A DNA stretch of 64,000 nucleotides, from positions 1 through 64,000 of the IMG/VR virus record IMGVR_UViG_3300021326_000217. One strand, given 5' to 3'. The DNA is from a virus. Lineage: Duplodnaviria > Caudoviricetes. The notes under the pieces were generated by a model, which saw nothing but the letters and a program-made list of their open reading frames with translations, was not told the origin of the DNA and did no database searches. How positions within the stretch are numbered: the stretch's first letter is position 1; every line of letters begins with the position of its first letter. Position numbers and translations under genes: made by a program. Of this stretch, positions 28,078-34,949 are shown piece by piece.

Positions 28078-28440
28078 ATGATGAGGATTGAAGCATTTGA
28101 ACAGGCAATCGAAAACAAGGTAAAGAGCTTAAAAGCGGTCGGAATCAACCACACACTGTTTTGGGCATACCGCACGAGCATCGAAGCGGAAAACGACCTG
28201 ATTGATTTTGATGAGTGTATTTGGGAGGATGACATTGAGGAAATCGCAAACTTCCTGAAAGCAAACGGCATCATTGAATTCACGATTTCGAGCAACTTCT
28301 CAAGCCTGATACCTACCCTTGCCGAATTTGAAAAACACGGTTTCAAGATGGCAGGGCTTACAGAGGTCAACGCAAGGTACAAGGAAATCTGTTCGGACAA
28401 ACGGGCAAAGAAAAAAGCAATCCGAATGCTTAACTACTAA
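28078..28440 (+). CDS. 120-aa hypothetical (DUF7698-like, recalled), paralogue of 28614-28967
   Basis: GINHTLFWAY...I.EFTISSNFSSLIPTLAEFEK.G....LTEVN. Confidence 0.75.
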   Translation: MMRIEAFEQAIENKVKSLKAVGINHTLFWAYRTSIEAENDLIDFDECIWEDDIEEIANFLKANGIIEFTISSNFSSLIPTLAEFEKHGFKMAGLTEVNARYKEICSDKRAKKKAIRMLNY

Positions 28441-28488
28441 AATCCCGTACCGAAGGAGCCGCAGGAGGCTCTTTTGGTCGTACAAATA

Positions 28489-28567
28489 TACACAATGAAA
28501 CCTCCGCATATTTGTGTAATATATGTCTCGGAAATGACTTGATATAAGTGCGATTCAGAGGTAATAT
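28489..28567 (+). promoter_or_regulatory. Cassette promoter 5
   Basis: TACACAA(28489)-N16-TTGTGTA-N20-TTGATA(28539)-N17-TAATAT(28562). Confidence 0.8.
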
Positions 28568-28613
28568 GTACACAACAAAAGGGCAAAGCCCGAACAAAAA
28601 GGAGGAACCAGAA

Positions 28614-28967
28614 ATGGTAAAATTTTATTTAAACAAGGAGCTTTTTTCAGCGGACTACAGAGAAACGGGAATCAACCGCACAATGTTTTGGGCGGTGATG
28701 CACAGAAAGAAAACGGGCAACAAACTCCTTGATTTAAGCGAGGCAATCAACGACAACGAAATTCCAGAGCTTGTCGACACGCTCCTGCGTATGGAGGAAA
28801 AGCAATTCACGATTTCAAGCGGATTCAGCGGCTTGGTAAAAACCCTGAAGGAATTTGAAAAATACGGAGCCTACATTGTAAGCCTTACGGAAGTAAACAC
28901 ACCTCACAAGGATTACAAAACAGGCGAGCGAGAGCGAATTCCTGCATTGCTTTTGGAACTCCGATAA
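28614..28967 (+). CDS. 117-aa hypothetical (DUF7698-like, recalled), paralogue of 28078-28440
   Basis: GINRTMFWAV...QFTISSGFSGLVKTLKEFEKYG....LTEVN. Confidence 0.75.
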   Translation: MVKFYLNKELFSADYRETGINRTMFWAVMHRKKTGNKLLDLSEAINDNEIPELVDTLLRMEEKQFTISSGFSGLVKTLKEFEKYGAYIVSLTEVNTPHKDYKTGERERIPALLLELR

Positions 28968-29024
28968 AAGCCTTAAAAAAGCAAAGAACCCAAGCGGTTC
29001 TTTTGCTCGTACAAGCGCATAATA

Positions 29025-29092
29025 TACACAATGTGCTTGCTGAATATTTGTGTAGAAATGGTATTGATAAAATCCTAAAAATACGGTAATAT
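29025..29092 (+). promoter_or_regulatory. Cassette promoter 6 (dyad 11 bp closer to -35)
   Basis: TACACAA(29025)-N16-TTGTGTA-N9-TTGATA(29064)-N17-TAATAT(29087). Confidence 0.75.
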
Positions 29093-29124
29093 GGGTACAA
29101 CAAAAACGAAGGGAGTTACAAACA

Positions 29125-29340
29125 ATGTACGAAATTATTGTAAACAAGGATTCAATCAGAAGGCTTCAAAAGGACGGTGAATACCGCTTCCCAGGACTTA
29201 CAAGAGCGCAGTCAAAACAGGCGGCTACCACCCTTGCCGAAGCAACCATGAGCGAGGACAGAAAGCACGGTATTCAAAGCAATTACGGCATTGCAAGGGA
29301 TGCGTTTGGTTATTACTTTGCGGCGCAAATCAACGCCTAA
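29125..29340 (+). CDS. 71-aa hypothetical (single-gene cassette)
   Basis: GGGAG RBS; own promoter and downstream hairpins. Confidence 0.7.
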   Translation: MYEIIVNKDSIRRLQKDGEYRFPGLTRAQSKQAATTLAEATMSEDRKHGIQSNYGIARDAFGYYFAAQINA

Positions 29341-29460
29341 AAACGGCAAACACGCCCCTTACAAAGCGAACTGAACGAGCCGAGAGGCTCTGTTCCTCTC
29401 TACTGCAAGACCGAACGGTCTATTTTTTATGATTTTCCGTGCCTGTAAAATGCTGTAATA

Positions 29461-29539
29461 TACACAATTTCCTTTCCGAATATTTGTGTAGTATATGTCT
29501 CGAAAATGACTTGATATTTAGCGATTTTAGAGGTAATAT
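29461..29539 (+). promoter_or_regulatory. Cassette promoter 7
   Basis: TACACAA(29461)-N16-TTGTGTA-N20-TTGATA(29511)-N17-TAATAT(29534). Confidence 0.8.
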
Positions 29540-29584
29540 GTACACAACAAAAGGGCAAAGCCCAGATTAAAGGAGGACACAAGA

Positions 29585-29791
29585 ATGTGTGATTTAACAA
29601 AGATTTCCGAGAGGACAAACAAACTTTACAACGAGCTTGCAAGGAAGGTTTATGGAACGGACGATGAATACCGCTATATGCTTGGGGTAAACGGAATTAA
29701 CGAGGTCTGCTTCACAGACTGGCGCACACACGCCGAAATCAAAGGCAACAGGGCTATTCAGAAAGCAATCAAGGAAATCCTCGCAAAATAA
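29585..29791 (+). CDS. 68-aa hypothetical (single-gene cassette)
   Basis: AAGGAGG RBS; own promoter and downstream hairpins. Confidence 0.7.
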   Translation: MCDLTKISERTNKLYNELARKVYGTDDEYRYMLGVNGINEVCFTDWRTHAEIKGNRAIQKAIKEILAK

Positions 29792-29876
29792 AAAAACCCG
29801 AACACAACGGAGCGAGCCGAGAGGCTCTGTTCCTCTCTACAACAAGACCAATGGGTCTTTTTTTGTTGCTGTAATA

Positions 29877-29955
29877 TACACAAATTAAGCCCTGTATATT
29901 TGTGTAGTATATGTCTCTGAAATGACTTGCTATTTATAGGTTTTAGAGGTAATAT
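29877..29955 (+). promoter_or_regulatory. Cassette promoter 8
   Basis: TACACAA(29877)-N16-TTGTGTA-N20-TTGCTA(29927)-N17-TAATAT(29950). Confidence 0.8.
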
Positions 29956-29988
29956 GTACACTACAAAAAAAGAAAGGGGCAAAAAGCC

Positions 29989-30168
29989 ATGACAAAGAAA
30001 GAACTTCAAAAACTCGTAAAAATCGTAAATGAGAACGTTGTAACAATGGAAAAGAGAGCAGACCTTGAAAGGCATTACAGCGATGAATTGGACTTCTTCG
30101 ATATTGCGGTTTGGGAGCTTAAAACGGTGCTTATCGCCGCATACGAGCTTGGCAAGAAAAGCAAATAA
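29989..30168 (+). CDS. 59-aa protein (DUF6900-like, recalled), absent from the ORF track
   Basis: Hand translation MTKKELQKLVKIVNENVVTMEKRADLERHYSDELDFFDIAVWELKTVLIAAYELGKKSK. Confidence 0.7.
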   Translation: MTKKELQKLVKIVNENVVTMEKRADLERHYSDELDFFDIAVWELKTVLIAAYELGKKSK

Positions 30169-30276
30169 AAAAAAACAACGACAACCGAAAACAACGGAAC
30201 GAGCCGAAAGGCTCTGTTCCTCTCTATAGATCAGACCGAAAGGTCTATTTTTTATGCGTGGAAATGGGGTGATATT

Positions 30277-31878
30277 ATACGCAAGCTAAAAAATTACAAG
30301 CCTTCACGGTTTCTCGCTGAAGGCTCGGTGTATGATAAAACGGCGGCTGATTACGCCGTAGGCTTTATTGAATGCCTGTGCCATACCAAAGGCACATGGG
30401 CAGGAAAGCCGTTTGAACTGATTGATTGGCAGGAGCAAATCATACGGGATATTTTCGGAACGCTGAAACCTAACGGCTATCGTCAATTCAACACGGCATA
30501 TATTGAAATACCAAAGAAAATGGGAAAGAGCGAGCTTGCGGCGGCAGTCGCTCTTTTATTATGCTGTGGTGACGGCGAAGAACGAGCCGAGGTTTACGGA
30601 TGCGCCGCCGACCGACAGCAAGCATCTATCGTTTTTGAGGTGGCGGCGGACATGGTGAAAATGTGTCCTGCACTTGCAAAGCGTGTCAAAATCCTCGCCT
30701 CGCAAAAGCGGCTCGTTTTCCTTCCGACCAACAGTTTCTATCAGGTGCTGTCTGCTGAAGCCTACTCAAAGCATGGCTTTAACATACACGGTGTTGTATT
30801 TGACGAGCTTCACACGCAACCGAACAGAAAGCTCTTTGATGTTATGACAAAGGGGTCAGGCGATGCGAGGATGCAACCCTTGTATTTCCTCATCACGACC
30901 GCAGGAACTGACACCCATTCCATCTGCTACGAAACACACCAAAAGGCAGTCGATATTCTTGAAGGCAGGAAAATCGACCCGACCTTTTATCCCGTGATTT
31001 ACGGAGCAGACGAAAACGATGACTGGACAGACCCGAAGGTGTGGAAAAAGGCAAACCCCTCCCTCGGTATAACGGTTGGTATTGATAAGGTCGTGGCGGC
31101 TTGCGAATCGGCAAAACAAAACCCTGCGGAAGAAAACTCATTCAGACAGCTTCGATTAAACCAGTGGGTAAAGCAAGCTGTCAGGTGGATGCCGATGGAA
31201 AAATGGGACAAATGCTCGTTTGCAACCGATGAGGATGAACTGTACGGGCGTGTTTGCTACGGCGGACTTGACCTTTCCTCCACAACGGATATAACGGCAT
31301 TCGTACTTGTTTTTCCACCCGTGGACGAAAGCGATAAATACATTATCCTTCCGTACTTTTGGATACCCGAAGATAACATTGACCTTCGAGTACGGCGTGA
31401 CCATGTGCCGTATGACCTTTGGGAACGACAAGGGTATCTGCAAACTACCGAGGGAAATGTCGTGCATTACGGGTATATTGAGAAGTTTATCGAATCGCTT
31501 GGTGAGAAATTCAATATCCGTGAAATTGCCTTTGACCGTTGGGGTGCTGTGCAGATGGTGCAAAACCTCGAAGGTATGGGATTTACGGTCGTGCCATTCG
31601 GTCAGGGCTTTAAGGATATGTCACCACCGACCAAAGAGCTTATGAAGCTCGTGCTTGAGGAAAAGCTCGCACACGGCGGTCACCCTGTCCTTAGATGGAT
31701 GATGGATAACATATATGTCCGCACCGACCCTGCAGGAAACATAAAACCCGATAAGGAAAAATCGACAGAAAAGATTGACGGCGCAGTGGCAACCGTAATG
31801 GCTCTCGACCGTGCCATTCGGTGCGGAAACGACACAACAGAGAGTGTATATGATGAGCGAGGTCTGTTATTCATTTAA
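30277..31878 (+). CDS. terL: Terminase large subunit (probable non-canonical ATA start at 30277; ORF track gives 30328)
   Basis: Walker A IPKKMGKS, Walker B VVFDELH, ITTAG, GLDLSST.D nuclease motif, KIDGAVA. Confidence 0.95.
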   Translation: MRKLKNYKPSRFLAEGSVYDKTAADYAVGFIECLCHTKGTWAGKPFELIDWQEQIIRDIFGTLKPNGYRQFNTAYIEIPKKMGKSELAAAVALLLCCGDGEERAEVYGCAADRQQASIVFEVAADMVKMCPALAKRVKILASQKRLVFLPTNSFYQVLSAEAYSKHGFNIHGVVFDELHTQPNRKLFDVMTKGSGDARMQPLYFLITTAGTDTHSICYETHQKAVDILEGRKIDPTFYPVIYGADENDDWTDPKVWKKANPSLGITVGIDKVVAACESAKQNPAEENSFRQLRLNQWVKQAVRWMPMEKWDKCSFATDEDELYGRVCYGGLDLSSTTDITAFVLVFPPVDESDKYIILPYFWIPEDNIDLRVRRDHVPYDLWERQGYLQTTEGNVVHYGYIEKFIESLGEKFNIREIAFDRWGAVQMVQNLEGMGFTVVPFGQGFKDMSPPTKELMKLVLEEKLAHGGHPVLRWMMDNIYVRTDPAGNIKPDKEKSTEKIDGAVATVMALDRAIRCGNDTTESVYDERGLLFI

Positions 31879-32005
31879 ATAATGACAACAAGAACACCAG
31901 ACCCACTATTCCTATAATGAGTGAAAAACATCCCCAATTGCCGTCTTCCTTACCCAACCGATAAGTAAGGTACAAAAGACCGAGGAAACCCAAAAAGAAA
32001 TCCAT
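31871..32005 (-). CDS. 44-aa hydrophobic two-TM peptide, absent from the ORF track
   Basis: GGAGG RBS; MDFFLGFLGLLYLTYRLGKEDGNWGCFSLIIGIVGLVFLLSLFK; stop overlaps the terL stop. Confidence 0.65.
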   Translation of the reverse strand: MDFFLGFLGLLYLTYRLGKEDGNWGCFSLIIGIVGLVFLLSLFK

Positions 32006-32020
32006 GTTAAAAAGCCTCCT

Positions 32021-32374
32021 TTACATTATTGAGCGCAATACACTCTGGAACGTTATGTCTATTCTTATGTTCCCGTTGGTAAGCGCATATATATCAAAGT
32101 TGTCACATTCAGAAACAGCATCATAAAAGCTACTTGCATTCTGAATGATTAACTCTGATACCTCCGCTGAAATTGAGCCTAAGTTAAAGGTGGTATCAAT
32201 TTGAACGGTGACTTCCGCATTGGTTGCGCTTTGATGTAAAAAGTTTTTGAGCGCATTTGCGGCTTTGATTAGTTTGGAATAGTTGTTTATATCAACTATT
32301 TTTAATGTGGATTTTTGCAATCCGTCAACAATTGCCATTAACTCGTCAATGCTGTTTTCATTGCTGTTATTCAT
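32021..32374 (-). CDS. Hypothetical 117-aa moron protein
   Basis: AT-rich antisense ORF coupled to the upstream zinc-ribbon gene. Confidence 0.7.
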   Translation of the reverse strand: MNNSNENSIDELMAIVDGLQKSTLKIVDINNYSKLIKAANALKNFLHQSATNAEVTVQIDTTFNLGSISAEVSELIIQNASSFYDAVSECDNFDIYALTNGNIRIDITFQSVLRSIM

Positions 32375-32628
32375 TGAGCATCACCTGTCCTTTCAAAATT
32401 TGGATAGCCGCCGTGAACTGAATGTCTGTGACCTTTTGTTGCAGGATAAAGGCGCATAATTGACCGTAAGCCCTCATACAAATCAGGATACTTACGATTC
32501 TTTTTGCGACACTCTTTACACCGTTTGGGGAGTTTCATCCCATTATCGACCTTGTGGATGAACTCATCAAGTGAAATAGTAAACATACACCCACACTGCT
32601 TACATTTTTCACGCCTTACTACAAACAT
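32371..32628 (-). CDS. Zinc-ribbon protein (CKQC...PKRCKEC)
   Basis: CKQCGCMFTIS..E......GMKLPKRCKECRKK; AAGGAG RBS before ATG at 32628. Confidence 0.75.
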   Translation of the reverse strand: MFVVRREKCKQCGCMFTISLDEFIHKVDNGMKLPKRCKECRKKNRKYPDLYEGLRSIMRLYPATKGHRHSVHGGYPNFERTGDAQ

Positions 32629-32646
32629 CTTAAACAACTCCTTTCT

Positions 32647-32807
32647 CTTATAACCGCAAAGGGGCAACCCTATCGGCGGTATGTTTTTCACTTATAACCG
32701 CAAAGGGGGGGCAAAATTGTCCGTGTGGTGTTCGGCGGTTTGCCTTACACCTATTACCGTAAAGGGGTTAAATTATTAAAACTTCTTTCAGTTATAACCA
32801 TAACGGG
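32647..32807 (-). repeat. Tandem TTATAACCGCAAAGGGG-like repeats upstream of the moron
   Basis: Exact 18-bp repeat at 32647-32664 and 32691-32708; degenerate copies at 32752-32767 and 32792-32807. Confidence 0.75.
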
Positions 32808-32848
32808 TACTACATAAAAACAATTATTTTAAAGAGGTGAAATAACAC

Positions 32849-34219
32849 ATGGGAATTTTTACAGGACTATTCAGGTCAAGAGATAAGCCGAAGGACAGGA
32901 CTGTCGGGTCGAGCTACAGCTTTTTCTTTGGCGGCACGACATCGGGCAAATCGGTAAATGAGATGTCCGCCATGCAGATGACAGCTGTGTATTCATGCGT
33001 TAGGATACTTGCCGAAGCTGTCGCAGGGCTTCCGCTCCACCTATACAAGTACAAAGAAAACGGAAGCAAGGAAAAAGCAATAGACCATCCGTTATATCGG
33101 ATACTTCACGATGAGCCGAATCCCGAAATGTCGAGCTTCGTATTCCGTGAAACGCTTATGACCCACCTTCTCTTGTGGGGCAATGCGTATGCGCAGATTA
33201 TCCGAAATGGCAAAGGCGAGGTCATCGGTCTTTATCCGCTGATGCCCAACCGAATGTCGGTTGACCGTGATGCGGACGGAAGGCTTTGGTACACATACAC
33301 CCGTTCTTCGGAAGAGGCTCCGACCATGAAAGGTACGACCGTGAAGCTCTATCCATACGATGTGCTCCATGTCCCTGGGCTTGGATTTGACGGACTTGTC
33401 GGTTATTCCCCGATAGCAATGGCAAAGAACTCTATCGGTATGGGGATTGCCTGTGAGGAATACGGAGCGAGGTTTTTCGCAAACGGAGCGGCTCCAAGTG
33501 GTGTCTTGGAACACCCAGGGACTATTAAAGACCCGATAAAAATAAGGGACAGTTGGAACGCCACCTTCAAAGGCAGTGGCAACGCTCACAAGGTCGCTGT
33601 CCTCGAAGAGGGCATGAAATATACACAAATAGGAATATCCCCTGAACAAGCGCAGTTTCTTGAAACGAGGAAATTCCAAATAAATGAAATAGCTCGAATT
33701 TTCAGAGTGCCGCCGCACATGGTCGGTGACCTTGAAAAGTCGAGCTTTTCAAATATAGAGCAACAATCACTTGAATTTGTAAAATACACGCTTGAGCCGT
33801 GGATTGTCAGATGGGAGCAGTCTCTTATGCGTGTGCTCCTCTCTCCCGATGAAAAGCAGAAGTATTTTTTCAAATTCAATCTTGAAGGCTTGCTCCGTGG
33901 TGACTACCAAAGCAGGATGCAGGGTTATTCGATTGCAAGGCAGAACGGTTGGATGTCTGCAAACGATATCCGTGAGCTTGAAAATCTCGACCGAATCCCT
34001 GCTGAAGCAGGTGGTGACCTGTATTTAATTAACGGCAATATGCTACCCCTTAATCGGGCAGGGGCGTTTGCCGATGCAGATAATGATGAAACCCGAAAGG
34101 AGGAAAATCCCGATGAAAACACCCAAGACGAGGAAGTTTTGGAACTGGACAAAGAACGAGGAAACGCAGGAGCGGATTCTTCATCTGAACGGAACAATCG
34201 CAGAGGAAAGTTGGTTTGA
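32849..34219 (+). CDS. Portal protein (HK97 family)
   Basis: AVYSCVRILAEAVAGLP, LLWGNAY, GYSPI, IARIFRVPPHMVG, SNIEQQ, GWMSANDIRELEN. Confidence 0.95.
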   Translation: MGIFTGLFRSRDKPKDRTVGSSYSFFFGGTTSGKSVNEMSAMQMTAVYSCVRILAEAVAGLPLHLYKYKENGSKEKAIDHPLYRILHDEPNPEMSSFVFRETLMTHLLLWGNAYAQIIRNGKGEVIGLYPLMPNRMSVDRDADGRLWYTYTRSSEEAPTMKGTTVKLYPYDVLHVPGLGFDGLVGYSPIAMAKNSIGMGIACEEYGARFFANGAAPSGVLEHPGTIKDPIKIRDSWNATFKGSGNAHKVAVLEEGMKYTQIGISPEQAQFLETRKFQINEIARIFRVPPHMVGDLEKSSFSNIEQQSLEFVKYTLEPWIVRWEQSLMRVLLSPDEKQKYFFKFNLEGLLRGDYQSRMQGYSIARQNGWMSANDIRELENLDRIPAEAGGDLYLINGNMLPLNRAGAFADADNDETRKEENPDENTQDEEVLELDKERGNAGADSSSERNNRRGKLV

Positions 34220-34931
34220 TGACGATGTGACACCTAAAATCTTTGAGGGTGAGCTAAAAGCCGAGGACAGCGATGTCGTTGTTTGGATTAACTCGCCAGG
34301 CGGCGATTGTTTTGCGGCAAGTCAGATTTACAATATGCTGAAAGAATACAGCGGAAAAGTAACGGTAAAGGTTGATGGAATTGCCGCTTCTGCCGCTTCG
34401 GTCATTGCTATGGCAGGTGACAGCGTTTATGTATCGCCCGTGTCGATGATTATGATTCATAACCCATTGACCGCCGCATTCGGTAACGCCGAGGATATGC
34501 AAAAGGCAATTGAAATGCTTGATAGCGTAAAAGACAGCATTGTGAACGCATACGAACTCAAAACAGGTCTTTCACGCTCCAAAATCTCGCACCTTATGGA
34601 CAACGAGACATGGATGGATGCGTACAAGGCTGTGGAGCTTGGCTTTGCCGATGAGGTGCTGTATGCAAAGGCGAATGAAACAGATGAGGACGATGATGAG
34701 GAGGAGGGTCAGGAGCCTATCCGTAAGCCTCCCGAAAACTCTATGCTGTTTTCTCGCCGTGAAATAAACACAAACATTGTCAATAAGGTCTCGGAGCATT
34801 TCAAAAGTCAGGAACCTGCACCTAAACAGCAGAAGCAACCTATTTCCGAACCGAAGGAACAACCCACCACCAATGAACGCTCTGTTGATATGCTCATGGA
34901 GCGTTTAGAGCTTATTAAAAAACATATTTAA
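34113..34931 (+). CDS. ClpP-type prohead protease
   Basis: INSPGGD, GIAASAASVI (Ser), MIHNP (His), ETWMDA; AAGGAGG RBS before ATG at 34113. Confidence 0.92.
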   Translation: MKTPKTRKFWNWTKNEETQERILHLNGTIAEESWFDDDVTPKIFEGELKAEDSDVVVWINSPGGDCFAASQIYNMLKEYSGKVTVKVDGIAASAASVIAMAGDSVYVSPVSMIMIHNPLTAAFGNAEDMQKAIEMLDSVKDSIVNAYELKTGLSRSKISHLMDNETWMDAYKAVELGFADEVLYAKANETDEDDDEEEGQEPIRKPPENSMLFSRREINTNIVNKVSEHFKSQEPAPKQQKQPISEPKEQPTTNERSVDMLMERLELIKKHI

Positions 34932-34949
34932 CGAGGAGGATTTTATCTT

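Larger units (their letters stand above)
27273..30253 (+). repeat. Dispersed junction hairpins GAAC-GAGCC-GNRA-GGCTC-T-GTTC, some followed by a second AGACC-N4/5-GGTCT hairpin and T-tract
   Basis: Copies at 27273-27295, 29373-29395, 29809-29833, 30196-30220; variants at 27727-27754, about 28451-28477 and 28981-29006. Confidence 0.85.

Noticed and set aside
29340-29460. Self-cleaving ribozyme in the cassette junctions
   Set aside because: No hammerhead core (CUGANGA...GAAA) or recognisable twister, pistol or hatchet consensus was found by eye; a covariance-model search would be needed to exclude it fully.
24110-30260. CRISPR array interpretation of the dispersed repeats
   Set aside because: Repeats are about 80-150 bp promoter/hairpin modules separated by ORFs of hundreds of bp, not short identical repeats with uniform spacers; no cas operon is present.
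32647-32807. Mini-CRISPR array
   Set aside because: Only two exact 18-bp copies, irregular spacing (44, about 61, about 40 bp) and non-palindromic; fits promoter/operator repeats better.
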